Assembly: GCA_963777955.1 (NCBI GenBank)
Contig: CAVZSQ010000022.1
Coordinates: 416,001 to 480,000, forward strand
Reading direction: 5' to 3'
DNA: 64,000 nucleotides
Source of the DNA: Calditrichia bacterium
GTDB taxonomy: Bacteria > Calditrichota > Calditrichia > JAJRVZ01
Both the position numbers and the translations under genes were made by a program. The notes beneath the pieces were generated by a model. It searched no databases. It worked only from the letters and a program-made list of their open reading frames with translations, and had not been told where the DNA came from. This document shows positions 53,108 to 63,920 of this stretch, piece by piece. How positions within the stretch are numbered: the stretch's first letter is position 1; each line of letters begins with the position of its first letter.

Positions 53108-53666
53108 CATTATTTTCCCCCGACCTCTTCCACTCCCGATAATATGCTAGCAAGGATGAAAGTGAATCCTGGGGAGCCGAAGTAACTTTTATATATAAAT
53201 CCCGTTGTTCTTTGGGCCAGGTCAGGATTGTATTTTTTTCCAGTTTTATTACCTTTCCGTTGCATTCAATTTTTTCTTTATCATCGTTGCTCATAGTCAT
53301 GATCCGTTCATCGTTTTGAATGGTCGATTGTTCATCATCCAGTGCAAGCTTGCGAAATATTCCTTGCTCATAAGCGACTAATTGTCCATTTTCTTCCGCA
53401 ATTTTGCGATTCTGGATATAAATTCCTGACTCCAGACCATCCAGCAGAAATTCATCACCGGTTACCATGTTCAACAAATCTTCGAAATCAGCGCGAATTT
53501 TGGCGGTATCCTGTTCGCTGCTTTGAATATTACTGTAGCGGACAGTGATGCTCCCGGAGTTAAGGTTTTCGTTGAAGTGAATAGTATATTCAACCACTTC
53601 ATACCACAAACAACCGGAAAGCAGGGTAAATAAAAGAATGAGACTCAGCGATGTGATTTTTTTCAT
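53079..53666 (-). CDS. Hypothetical lipoprotein
   Basis: MKKITSLSLILLFTLLSGC lipobox. AAGGAG RBS, directly downstream of the anti-sigma gene. Confidence 0.75.
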   Translation of the reverse strand: MKKITSLSLILLFTLLSGCLWYEVVEYTIHFNENLNSGSITVRYSNIQSSEQDTAKIRADFEDLLNMVTGDEFLLDGLESGIYIQNRKIAEENGQLVAYEQGIFRKLALDDEQSTIQNDERIMTMSNDDKEKIECNGKVIKLEKNTILTWPKEQRDLYIKVTSAPQDSLSSLLAYYREWKRSGENNEVTKRQRDE

Positions 53667-53667
53667 A

Positions 53668-54343
53668 TTAAGCTCCTTGTTTTTCCAAATTATTAAGGAA
53701 AGAAATTAATTCTGATATTGTAAGATATGTTTTATATTTTTTTATGGATTGAATTTTTTCCAGACAATTGTCGACAGGTACGGATGTATCATAAATTGGG
53801 CTGATCAGTCCGCTGGCAGACAGGTCAGTGGGTAATCCGGACTGTTCCAGTTTGAAATTCCCGATCCCTTTTTTTTGCAGGAACAGTAACTGCTTTTCAA
53901 TGAAGGCCAGTGGTATTTTATTGTCGGCTAACATGGCCTCGATCCGGGAACCGCTACGGGAAAGCATCGACCCGGACGGATTCAATGGAGTCCGGCCTGA
54001 ACTGCCGGTTCAGTATGGGAACTTTGCTAAAATAACTGATCAGCGCGATGCCCAGGATCAGAATTGCTGCGGCGACATAGAAAATCCTGCTTCTGAATAT
54101 ACCAGGAATTCCACCCTTGATCATCTGCTGATTCACCGGGGTCAAGACATTGACCGGCAGGATTAAGGGGGGCGCTGATGCTATTTCAAGATCGATACTG
54201 TAAAAAACCTGCAGATACTGTTTATATTCCGCCCGGCAATCCTGACAATGCTGCAAATGATCGAGCACAGGTATACGCTCGAAGCCGCTCAGTTCCCGCC
54301 GGACCAGGCCGGGAATGTTTTCTCTGATTTGATCACAGCTCAT
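53668..54343 (-). CDS. Zinc-finger (zf-HC2) transmembrane anti-sigma factor, frameshift near 53975
   Basis: MSCDQIRE...HLQHCQDC, TM helix IFYVAAAILILGIALI. Continues in ORF 53668-53985. Confidence 0.8.
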
Positions 54344-54848
54344 ACCAATACTCCATGGTGATATTATATTGTTTTTCCAGTGTTGCTTTAATTTTCTTTC
54401 TGGCCAGATGCAGATTACTGCGCAGATTGGCCGGACGTGTATTCATCAGCACGGCAATTTCATCGAATTCAAAACCTTCCAGATCTTTCAGGATAAATAC
54501 CGCCTGCTGTTTGGGTTTCAAGTGCCGTGAGCAGACCAGGATAGCCTCGAATAATTCACGCGAATCTTTGGGTGTTCCGCTGCTGAGTTGGGCCAGCTCA
54601 GTTGCCGATTCCAACAGCTGATATTTTTTGTGCCGTAGCCAGTCAATGGCCAGATTTATGGAGATGCGATATAAATAGGTACAGGCAGCCCGCTGGTTTT
54701 CCATTTGCTGATGATGTTTCCACAGTTGCACGAAGGCGTCCTGCATTAAATCCCGGGTGTCCTCCTGAGAATGAACCAGGCGGTAGATAATTCTGGCCAT
54801 AGAATCACGGTACTTGGCCACCAGGGTCTGGAATTCAGTCTCATTCAT
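54333..54848 (-). CDS. ECF RNA polymerase sigma factor (sigma-24 type)
   Basis: DLMQDAFVQLW, YLYRISINLAIDWLR, VFILKDLEGFEFDEIA, SNLHLARKK. Confidence 0.92.
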   Translation of the reverse strand: MNETEFQTLVAKYRDSMARIIYRLVHSQEDTRDLMQDAFVQLWKHHQQMENQRAACTYLYRISINLAIDWLRHKKYQLLESATELAQLSSGTPKDSRELFEAILVCSRHLKPKQQAVFILKDLEGFEFDEIAVLMNTRPANLRSNLHLARKKIKATLEKQYNITMEYWYEL

Positions 54849-55043
54849 ATAGCAGGACCTGTTTTCTTATATAAACGTTTGAACAAAAGAAATATCAAGT
54901 ATATTTTATCTTACTGCCTGACTTTGTTTAAGAATCAACTTGCAAATTTCCGTGAAAAGTGTAATCTTTTAGTCTGGGTTTATCAAAACCAGGTAAAAAA
55001 AGTAACTTAATCCAATATCAACTGCAAAGGGAAATTATCAGGG

Positions 55044-56592
55044 ATGGGTCCGCGATTCTATTTTGAACTGCCGGCTGACTGGAAGTATAACGATCTATAT
55101 CATAGTCTGCAGCAGAAATTTTCGTTACAGTCACTGGCCAGCCAGCGCGGAATGATCAGGTATTATGACAGTTTTGACTGGCGGTTGCATTTAAACCGGT
55201 TGATATTGGCCTGGGACGGGAAGTATTTGTTTTTAATGCCGGTTGATCCCGGCTATACTGAAATCAGTTGCCGCTATGAACAGGAACCCAAACTTGTGCA
55301 GGATTTGCCGGCAGGTCCGCTTCGCCACAAAATAATTTCCATCATCGAGTTTCGTGCCCTACTCCCGGTGATCGCCATTAAGCAGGATGCCCGGACCTTG
55401 AAATTTTTGAATCAGGAAGACAAGACAGTATGTTATGGATTTTATGAAAGAAATAGTGTCAGCGCTGCCGGAGCCGGGAAACGGCTTAAACCGGTATTCT
55501 GTCTGGTTCCTTTAAAAGGGTATAGCAAATGGATTGATTATTTAGTTGAATGGTTACAGAACAGCGGCTGTCAGCAGATTAAACAGGATATTTATTATCA
55601 AGCCTTGCAGAAGGTACGAATCAGCCCGGGCAGTTACACGGCAAAAGTGACAGGTCCGTTATCCGGTGAAATTAGTATGCCGCGGGCAGTCCAGCTGCTA
55701 CTGCAACGAGCTGCTGACTATTTCGGGAATTAATGAAACGGGAATACAAAAAGATATCGATACTGAATTTTTGCATGATTTCAGGGTGGCGATACGACGG
55801 ATCCGCAGTTTACTGGGGAATTTACAGGAATTTATGACCGAAGGGGTTTACCGTCGCGCCAGGAAAGATTTCACATTATTGATAAAACTGACTAATTCCC
55901 GCCGTGATCTGGATATTTTTTTGCATAAGCAACCGGTCTATCTGCAAACACTTCCACCCCGCTACAGCTGCGTCATCATACCATTTTTTGATGATCTTAA
56001 AACCCGGCGGGAAAAGGAACAGAAAAAAATACTACAGTATTTAACTTCCCCGGCATATCAAAAAAATAAAAAATACTGGAATGATTCAGTGCAAAAAACC
56101 TCCGTTCTACTACGCAGAACAGGTTATAAATCCCTAAAAATTCAGGAAGTAGCGGAGCAGATAATATTCAATCGATATAAAAAAGTAGTGCGCTTCAACC
56201 GTAACCTGCCGGCTGTGCTGGCCGATGAATATTTACACCGGGTGAGAATCGAATGTAAAAAATTACGCTATGTTCTCGAATTTTTTCAGTCGCTATTCGA
56301 TATAAAACCGGTAAAGAGTCTGGTCAGAAAACTGCGGGAGTTGCAGGATACTCTGGGTGAATATAATGACCTGCGTCTCCAGCAAAGCCGCCTGAAAACC
56401 TATTTAAACATTCAAACCCGGCGGGGAAAGACCGCGTCCAATTTGAACAAAGCGATAAATTTCCTGGTTACCAGGATTCAACTGCGGAAAAATGAATTAC
56501 AACTGATTTTCAGAGAACAGTTTGCTGATTTCTGTAAACCGCTGCGGCAACAGCAACTGGGAGAGATCTTTCACGGAACAAAAAAGTCATGA
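55044..56592 (+). CDS. CHAD domain protein with degenerate CYTH-like N-domain, frameshift near 55720
   Basis: YYDSFDWRL N-domain, then DIDTEFLHDFRVAIRRIRSLL, RRDLDIF, LHRVRIECKKLRYVLEFF and LQDTLGEYND. Confidence 0.88.
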
Positions 56593-57347
56593 CCGTTATT
56601 GCCGTTTACAATGTTAAAGGCGGAGTGGGTAAGACCGCCACGGCCGTTAATTTGTCTTATCTGGCCGCGCGTGAAGAAAAACGAGTCCTGCTGTGTGATC
56701 TGGATCCCCAGGGCTCGGCTTCATTTTATTTTCGCATCAAACCTAAAGTCAAATCGGGTTTCAAGGTTCTGGTCAAGGGGGGTAAAAAACTGCTGGCCGG
56801 TATCAAGGCCACGGACTATCCGAATCTGGATTTGCTGCCGGCAGATTTTTCATTCCGCAATCTGGATCTGGTACTGGAACAGGTCAAACGCTCAAAAAAA
56901 CGATTGCGGGAGAGTCTGGACAGCCTGGCCGATAATTATGATTTAATTTTTCTGGATTGTCCGCCCAATATCACACTGGTTTCAGAGAATATTTTTAATG
57001 CTGCAGATTTTTTGATCGTACCGGTAATACCGACCATCCTGGCCCAGCGGACGTTTGATAAACTTCTGGTTTTCCTGGATAAAAAAGATTTTCCGGCCGG
57101 CAGGGTACTCGCGTTTTTTTCAATGGTGGAATATAGAAAAAAGATGCATCAGAATTTACTGGAAACGATGAGCGAAAGATATAATTGCCTGTTAAAAAAT
57201 CAAATCCCCTTTTTATCGCTGATTGAAAAAATGGGAAATTACCGCGAACCGGTGCCGGCGCGTTTCCCGGGATCAGGGGCCGGACGGGCCTATTTAATTT
57301 TATGGAAAGAAATCAGAAAACAATTAGTGAAGAATAAAATGTGGTGA
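56589..57347 (+). CDS. ParA/MinD (Soj-like) family ATPase, orphan
   Basis: Deviant Walker A KGGVGKT, DLDPQGSA, LDCPP. ATGA overlap with the CHAD stop; no parB nearby. Confidence 0.92.
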   Translation: MTVIAVYNVKGGVGKTATAVNLSYLAAREEKRVLLCDLDPQGSASFYFRIKPKVKSGFKVLVKGGKKLLAGIKATDYPNLDLLPADFSFRNLDLVLEQVKRSKKRLRESLDSLADNYDLIFLDCPPNITLVSENIFNAADFLIVPVIPTILAQRTFDKLLVFLDKKDFPAGRVLAFFSMVEYRKKMHQNLLETMSERYNCLLKNQIPFLSLIEKMGNYREPVPARFPGSGAGRAYLILWKEIRKQLVKNKMW

Positions 57348-57433
57348 ACCCGCAGATATTCTCGTGCAGTGGTGAGCAGAGGAATTATCTCAGGTTATTT
57401 TACATTTTATATTTGTAAATATAGAGGAGATAG

Positions 57434-58258
57434 ATGATGTCTGGCAAAGTGGTTTTACGCTTATTTCTGGCTCTCTTACTGACGCTGGCGGCGGCTTATT
57501 ATCAACGAAAAACCGGTCCCACTTATCCGCTCAAAGGCCTGCGGTCCTGGCAGGAGGTTCAGATCAGGTACAGTTTCGACCGGAGTCATGGTGGAGCAGG
57601 AGATCAACCTGTTGAAATAACAGTATCGGATACAACGGTCAAGGCCATGTTGATTTACCGCAGGCTTAGAAGTGAAGATGCCTGGACCGGTATGGTGATG
57701 AAAAAGGGAGAGCAGGGACAATATTCGGCGAGTTTACCCCATCAACCGCCTGCCGGGAAAATTGAGTATTTTATTCTGCTGCATAAAGCGGATCAGTCTA
57801 CGGTTCTTCCTGAAAACAATAGTGTGGTGACCCGTTTTAAAGGAGCAGTACCTGTCTCGGTATTGCTTCCGCATATTTTGTTGATGTTTTTGGCCATGTT
57901 ATTAAGCAACGCGGCCGGACTGGAAGCTTTGGTCAACGGCCAGCTGCTGAATAAATATGCCTTATGGACCACAATCTGTCTGTTTTTAGGCGGTATGATA
58001 CTGGGCCCGGTCGTGCAGAAATATGCTTTTGGTACATTCTGGAGCGGTATACCCTTTGGCTATGATTTGACCGATAACAAAACATTATTGACCATGCTGG
58101 TTTGGTTGATTGCCTTGTGGAAAGGATGGAGCAACCGGGCCCGCCGCACCTGGATAATTGTTGCCGCTGTAATCCTGTTGCTGGTCTTTTCGATTCCGCA
58201 CAGCATGATGGGTTCTGAATTGAATTATCAGACTGCAAAAATTGAGACCGGGAAATAA
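57434..58258 (+). CDS. Membrane protein of unknown function (N-terminal anchor, soluble beta domain, about 4 TM helices)
   Basis: GAGGAG RBS, YQRKTGPTYP, LPHQPPAGKIEY, GPVVQKYAFG, DLTDNKT. Confidence 0.7.
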   Translation: MMSGKVVLRLFLALLLTLAAAYYQRKTGPTYPLKGLRSWQEVQIRYSFDRSHGGAGDQPVEITVSDTTVKAMLIYRRLRSEDAWTGMVMKKGEQGQYSASLPHQPPAGKIEYFILLHKADQSTVLPENNSVVTRFKGAVPVSVLLPHILLMFLAMLLSNAAGLEALVNGQLLNKYALWTTICLFLGGMILGPVVQKYAFGTFWSGIPFGYDLTDNKTLLTMLVWLIALWKGWSNRARRTWIIVAAVILLLVFSIPHSMMGSELNYQTAKIETGK

Positions 58259-58348
58259 TGTCGGGCAAAAGAAAGAGCATGATTGAAATTTATACCTAAA
58301 ATGCCTAATTTCTGATGACTACAATTTAATAGAAATATTGAGGTTGGC

Positions 58349-59629
58349 ATGAAAGTATTAGTCATCGGCGGCGGCGGACGGGAACATACCCTGGTCTGGA
58401 AAATTGCCCAGAGCCCTCTGGTAAAAAAAATATATTGTGCCCCGGGTAATCCTGGAATTGCCCGGCTGGCAGAAAATGTACCGATTGCTGCCAACCATAT
58501 TGACGCCCTGCTGAAATTTGCCCTGGATAATGGAATTGATCTTACGGTAGTCGGACCGGAAGATCCGCTGGTCGGAGGTATAGTAGATCGGTTCAGGGAA
58601 AAGGGCCTCAGGATATTTGGGCCGACCAGAGCCGCTGCCCGGATTGAGGGCAGTAAAGTTTTTGCCAAAAATTTAATGCAAAGATACAATATTCCAACAG
58701 CCGGTTATGCCGTGTTCACCGATCCGGAAACAGCCGGAGAGTATCTGGCCGGGCAGCAACATTATCCGCTGGTCATAAAAGCCAGCGGGCTTGCTGCCGG
58801 CAAAGGAGTAATCATCTGTCAGGATCAGACTGAGGCAATCCGGACCATTACCGAAATAATCTCAGGCAGGATCTTTGGTAATGCCGGCGACCAGGTAGTG
58901 ATCGAAGATTTCTTAAGCGGTGAGGAAGTATCGATTTTTGTCCTGACCGACGGTGTGTCCTACCAGTTATTATCATCGGCCCAGGATCATAAAAAAGTTT
59001 ATGACGAGGATCAGGGTAAAAATACCGGCGGTATGGGTGCCTATGCTCCTGCACCTTTGGCTGATGCAGGTTTGCTGCAGCAGGTGGAAAAAACCATCAT
59101 CCAACCAACCCTGCAGGCCATGCAAAAAGAAGGGTGCACCTATACAGGTATGCTTTATGTCGGATTGATCATCACGGCGGACGGACCGCAGGTATTGGAA
59201 TACAACTGCCGCTTTGGTGATCCGGAAACGGAAGTAGTTTTGCCTTTGCTTAAATCGGATCTCGTTCCGTTATTGCTGGCGACAACGAATAATACCATGA
59301 ACCAGCAAAAAGTTGAACTGCATTCCGGTTATGCCCTGGATGTTGTGCTGGCCTCAGGGGGATATCCGGATATTTATGAAAAGGGGAAGCTGATCAAAGG
59401 ATTAGAAGCTGTAGATCCTGATATATTTGTCTTTCATGCCGGAACAACCTTCCGGGATAATCATTTTTTCACCAGCGGCGGACGGGTTTTGAATGTAGTA
59501 GCCAGCGGAGTCGATTTTATGATCACGCGGGATCGCGTTTATGATAATGTTCAGCGTATCTGGTTTGAAAATATGCATTATCGCAGAGATATTGGTTACC
59601 GGGCGATCAAGTATTTGGCACAGGAATGA
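58349..59629 (+). CDS. purD: Phosphoribosylamine-glycine ligase
   Basis: GGGGREH, GLAAGKGV, QDHK, NTGGMGAY, EYNCRFGDPE, TSGGRV, YRRDIG. Confidence 0.98.
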   Translation: MKVLVIGGGGREHTLVWKIAQSPLVKKIYCAPGNPGIARLAENVPIAANHIDALLKFALDNGIDLTVVGPEDPLVGGIVDRFREKGLRIFGPTRAAARIEGSKVFAKNLMQRYNIPTAGYAVFTDPETAGEYLAGQQHYPLVIKASGLAAGKGVIICQDQTEAIRTITEIISGRIFGNAGDQVVIEDFLSGEEVSIFVLTDGVSYQLLSSAQDHKKVYDEDQGKNTGGMGAYAPAPLADAGLLQQVEKTIIQPTLQAMQKEGCTYTGMLYVGLIITADGPQVLEYNCRFGDPETEVVLPLLKSDLVPLLLATTNNTMNQQKVELHSGYALDVVLASGGYPDIYEKGKLIKGLEAVDPDIFVFHAGTTFRDNHFFTSGGRVLNVVASGVDFMITRDRVYDNVQRIWFENMHYRRDIGYRAIKYLAQE

Positions 59630-59673
59630 ACTCGACAACGGATACTTATCAACTTTAATGAAGGCAGTTTCTT

Positions 59674-60498
59674 ATGAAAGAATTCTTGAAACGGGCAACT
59701 GTGGCAGTATTGGGCATTCCATTGATTGTATATCTCACTTACCGGGGAGGCTGGTTCTGGTTCGCATTTATCCTGATCGTATCGACAGTCGGTCACTGGG
59801 AATTTTACCGGTTCCAGCAGAATAAAAATATTCATCCGCAAACTTTCAGCGGCATACTGACCGGAATTCTGCTGCTGGTCGGCATACAAACCGGCAGATG
59901 GCTGTTTGCCGGTCTGGTCCTGGCCTTTGGCTTGATGCTGATCCTGGCGGCGGAGATGTGGCGGAAAGATCCCAAGGCCAGCACTAACAGCGGGGTCACC
60001 ATACTGGGTATTATATATATACCTGTCTTTTTAGGTTGTTTATTGTATCTGAGAACCTATGCCGATATCATCGGGCGCTCATTGCCGGCGGCAGGTTTTA
60101 AATTTACTATGGTGGTGCTGGTATCGATCTGGATGGCCGATACGTTCGCGTATATCTTTGGGACATGGTTAGGGCGGCATAAACTATTTGTCAAGGTTTC
60201 CCCCAATAAAAGTATAGAAGGCGCCGTATTCGGATTTATCGGCAGCGTACTGATTTTTGTGCTGGCCTATCGTACTGGCATTCTGCCGATAGGTTTGACC
60301 AATAGCCTGGTTTTTGGAGTGAGTCTGGGAATCATTGCCCAGCTGGGGGATCTGGTGGAATCATGGTTCAAAAGGGATGGCGCTGTGAAGGACTCGTCAG
60401 GAATTTTCCCGGGCCAGGGCGGGATGCTGGATATTTTTGATGGATTAATCTATTCGTCGCCGTTGATACTGATATTAACCTATTTATTACTAGGTTAA
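59674..60498 (+). CDS. cdsA: Phosphatidate cytidylyltransferase
   Basis: DTFAYIFG, VSPNKSIEG, GDLVESWFKR, KDSSGIFPGQGGMLDIFD. Confidence 0.93.
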   Translation: MKEFLKRATVAVLGIPLIVYLTYRGGWFWFAFILIVSTVGHWEFYRFQQNKNIHPQTFSGILTGILLLVGIQTGRWLFAGLVLAFGLMLILAAEMWRKDPKASTNSGVTILGIIYIPVFLGCLLYLRTYADIIGRSLPAAGFKFTMVVLVSIWMADTFAYIFGTWLGRHKLFVKVSPNKSIEGAVFGFIGSVLIFVLAYRTGILPIGLTNSLVFGVSLGIIAQLGDLVESWFKRDGAVKDSSGIFPGQGGMLDIFDGLIYSSPLILILTYLLLG

Positions 60499-60730
60499 TT
60501 AGGACCTTAGTCCCTGAGTCCCAGTCCTGAGTACCTGAGTACCTGAGAATACAAAGATTAATAGTGGAAAGATTTAAGAATCAAGAAGTTACGGAGTACT
60601 GATGCCGGAGGCATCAAATGTTTGTAGAAAACCAGGCTAACCTACCCCTATGTCCCCTCCCTTATATATAAGGGAGGGGATTCAGGGGTGGGTCATCCTC
60701 AGAGTGAACTAGGGGACTCAGGGGACTTAC
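60499..60730. repeat. Composite intergenic repeat: 8-mer array, GATGCC hairpin, CCCCTCCCT palindrome (copy 3), inverted 8-mer array
   Basis: gagtacct gagtacct gag (60529-60547), TGATGCC-gga-GGCATCAAATGTTTGTAG, CCCCTCCCTTATATATAAGGGAGGGG, aggggactc aggggactt. Confidence 0.8.
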
Positions 60731-60819
60731 ATGGTACTTTGTATTTCACAAGAGACTGAATCTAAAGAGTATTCTTATCTTACTCGATAATTGAATATAG
60801 ATGTAACAGGAGTTAATAA

Positions 60820-61917
60820 ATGACCGATGAGAGAAAACGTGTTCTGGTAGTGGATGATGAAGATGATCTGACCTGGTCCATTTCCAAACATCTGGCTAAA
60901 GATAAAGACAGATATGAATTAATCTGTGTACATAGCGGGAAGAAAGCATTGGAAGTGCTTTCCCAGTTGCCGGTACAACTGGTGATCAGCGATATCCGCA
61001 TGCCCGAGATCTCCGGTCTGGATCTGCTGGTCAAGATCAAAGACTTTTACCCGACGACCAAAGTGATTATCATGACGGCCTACGGTTCTTCGGAAGTTCA
61101 TGATGAAGCAAATGCCCGCGGTTGCTTTAAGTATATTGAAAAACCCTTCGAAATAAATGAATTGCGCAAACTTATTCTGGAAGGTATTGAGGAAAAGAAA
61201 GGATTCCGCGGTACCGTTACCGATTTTCATCTCAGTGATCTGATTCAAATGAATTGCCTGGGCAGGATAACCGCTGCCCTGTATGTAACCCGTGACGATA
61301 ATAAAGGGTGTATTTATTTCCATGAGGGGAATGTGGTGCATGCCGAATGTGAGGATCTGGACGGGGAGAATGCACTGTACGAGATGTTAGCCTGGGAAGG
61401 GGGCAGTTTCTCCAGTGAACGGGGTAAAGCGGCCCCGAAAGAGACAATTGTGAAAGGCTGGCAGAGTCTCTTACTGGAAGGCATGCGCAGGATCGATGAA
61501 CTGCAACCTGCCCATAAAACAGAGATGGCCCAGAAACGCGATCTGACCATGAGTAAAATCTATACCATCCTGGATCATTTGGTAACGATCAACGGAGTTA
61601 TACTGGTTTCTGTTTTTGATCCGGAAGGTTTCCCCCTGGCTTCGAAGTTCAGCGAAAAAGCAGGGAACAGTTACAACATGAATGAGATAACGCCGATACT
61701 GTCCAATCTGGTCAAACAACTGGATTCAGTCGGTGAAGACTTAAAACTGGACCTAACCAAAGATATCACCCTGGAGTTTGCCAAAGGTATTGTGATAATG
61801 ACGCGCATCCATGAACGCAAAGAGTTCCTGATTATCATTGCCGAGAATGCTAAATATCTGAGCGTACTGCATGTAGAGACCAAAAAATATCACCGTGACC
61901 TGGCAAAAATATTGTAG
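60820..61917 (+). CDS. Response regulator: REC + DUF4388 (PATAN-like) + roadblock/LC7 domain
   Basis: VLVVDDE, ISDIRMP, MTAYGS, EKPF; then GTVTDFHLSDLIQM...GCIYFHEGNVVHA...LLLEGMRRIDE; then GVILVSVFDPEGFPLA. Confidence 0.85.
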   Translation: MTDERKRVLVVDDEDDLTWSISKHLAKDKDRYELICVHSGKKALEVLSQLPVQLVISDIRMPEISGLDLLVKIKDFYPTTKVIIMTAYGSSEVHDEANARGCFKYIEKPFEINELRKLILEGIEEKKGFRGTVTDFHLSDLIQMNCLGRITAALYVTRDDNKGCIYFHEGNVVHAECEDLDGENALYEMLAWEGGSFSSERGKAAPKETIVKGWQSLLLEGMRRIDELQPAHKTEMAQKRDLTMSKIYTILDHLVTINGVILVSVFDPEGFPLASKFSEKAGNSYNMNEITPILSNLVKQLDSVGEDLKLDLTKDITLEFAKGIVIMTRIHERKEFLIIIAENAKYLSVLHVETKKYHRDLAKIL

Positions 61918-61970
61918 CCATTATCCGCACACCCTGATCCTGCCGGGATATTTAACGAATGCCGGGAGCA

Positions 61971-62994
61971 ATGTCTAAAATATTTGAAAAATTCATAAAA
62001 AGAACAATTATCTTTTTTTTAAGGTTATTTTTCCCGCAAAATTCCCAAACCCGGATTCCGCGCAGACTATATTTCATTCAATCGCGTTCTGATTTTCAGA
62101 CTGGATAACCGGCTGGGCAATTCCATTCTGATCCTGTCACTGGTGCAGGCCATCAAACGCCGGGCGCCGCAAGTTCAAATCGATGTCATGATGACATCCC
62201 GGTTTATGGAAATTTATCAGCAGCACCCCGCTATTCATGAATTAATTCCGTATGATCAGAACTATTTATTCTCCAGACCCTGGCGTTATTTGTACTTGTT
62301 GAAAAATTTACGGCGCCGGAAGTACGACATTGTTTTTTCATCCAGCAATCCTAATGCTTTTTCCCTTTCACAGGCACTGCTGAGCCGCTTAATGGCCGCA
62401 AAGCATGCGGTCGGTTTCGATTGGCAGCAGAGCAGCCGGATTTATACCGATGTGGTCAAAGGTAATACTCAAATTCATTATGCGGCGGCTCAGGTCGATC
62501 TGTGGCGATATTTCGATCCGCAGGCTGAATCTGAAAGGCCCCGTCTCTATCTCAGCCTGGAGGATAAACCGCCGGCAAATAAATTATTATTCTGGTTAGG
62601 AGCGACCGGAAATAAAAAATTACCGGCAGAGCTGATAATAAAATTGATAAATTTATTTTCCGGATCGGGTATTAATTTTGATCTGGCGGCGGGTCCAGCC
62701 GATCGTGGAATCATTGAAATCCTGTCGTCGGAGTTTCAGCAGCAGGTCTTGATCCTGACCGGATCAGTGAGAGAGACAGCCGCTTTTTTTAAAAATTATA
62801 AAGTAATCTGTATACCCGATACGGGTCCACTGCATCTGGCTGCCGCCCTGAACATCCCGCTGATCCAGGTGTTTACCGGTTCAAATAGTACCTGGTATGC
62901 CTACCAGGGCGAAGACTTTTTGCTGATCGATAAAGTTCTGGAGGCCAGGACCGTACAATCATTTCTCCTTAAATATTTTCCTGCAAATATTTGA
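61971..62994 (+). CDS. Glycosyltransferase family 9 (heptosyltransferase-like), frameshift near 62075
   Basis: ATG 61971 after GGGAG. RVLIFRLDNRLGNSIL in the main frame, LRRRKYDIV, DTGPLHLAAALNIP. Confidence 0.85.
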
Positions 62995-63158
62995 TCCCGT
63001 TCCTGTTTTGTGGAATGTGAATTGCATACTAAAAATAGTCCAAATAGGATTCTTTGAGCAGAGGTATGTTCAGGCACATAATAACCATCTACAGCTCAGT
63101 TATGAACGCACAAACAATCCGAAAACGCACAGGATTTTAATTAAATTTGCGGGATAGT

Positions 63159-63881
63159 ATGACCAGGAAAATATGTGAACCACGGCCCCGATCGGTATCA
63201 ATCAAGAACTGGCCAGCGGGTGAACGGCCCAGGGAAAAGATGATAACTCTGGGTATTGAAAATTTAACCTCGGCCGAGTTGCTGGCCGTGCTGGTCTCCA
63301 GCGGTACCGGTCGTTTAAATGCCCTGGATATCGGTAAAGAACTGCTCCGGCATTTTGAAACACTGCAGCAACTGGCGGTTGCCTCACGGTCTGAATTAAT
63401 GAAGGTGGAAGGTATCGGCCAGGCCAAGGCCCTGATTTTGCAGGCGGCCTTTCAACTTTCACGAAATATGCAGCGGGATATGGCTCAGCAGAAGTTTCAT
63501 TTTTTTAAGCAGCCCGGAGATGTGGCCCGGTTCTTTATTCCGCAGATTGGCCATCTCAAGCAGGAAGTTTTTATCAGTGCCCTGTTGGACAGCGCCGGGA
63601 GATACCTTCACAGTGAAACCATCTTCAAGGGCACTTTGAATGCCTCATTAGTTCATCCCCGTGAAGTTTTTAAATCGGCAATACGCTTTTCGGCAGCCAG
63701 TATCATTTTGATTCATAATCATCCATCCGGTCAACTGCTGGCCAGTCCGGAGGATCTGCGGGTGACCCGGCAGTTGATCGCCACCGGCAAGGTACTGGAA
63801 ATTCCGGTTCAGGATCATTTGATCATTGCCGATGATAAATATATCAGTTTAAGAGAGGAGGGGGGTGTATTTGGTGAGTAA
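63159..63881 (+). CDS. radC: RadC (UPF0758, JAB/MPN domain) protein
   Basis: ERPREK, ELLAVL, EGIGQAKA, GTLNASLVHPREVF, HNHPSG, QDHLII. Confidence 0.95.
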   Translation: MTRKICEPRPRSVSIKNWPAGERPREKMITLGIENLTSAELLAVLVSSGTGRLNALDIGKELLRHFETLQQLAVASRSELMKVEGIGQAKALILQAAFQLSRNMQRDMAQQKFHFFKQPGDVARFFIPQIGHLKQEVFISALLDSAGRYLHSETIFKGTLNASLVHPREVFKSAIRFSAASIILIHNHPSGQLLASPEDLRVTRQLIATGKVLEIPVQDHLIIADDKYISLREEGGVFGE

Positions 63882-63887
63882 CCGGAC

Positions 63888-63920
63888 CCACCTCCGAGGT
63901 TTAGAGAACCTCGGAGGTGG
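63888..63920. repeat. REP-like palindrome CCACCTCCGAGGTT-N5-AACCTCGGAGGTGG (copy 2)
   Basis: Same 14-bp arms as the copy between carA and carB, located just after the radC stop. Confidence 0.85.

Noticed and set aside
63159..63881. radC as marker of a mobile element
   Set aside because: Full-length form with N-terminal HhH region in housekeeping context, not the short JAB-only type typical of ICEs or prophages.
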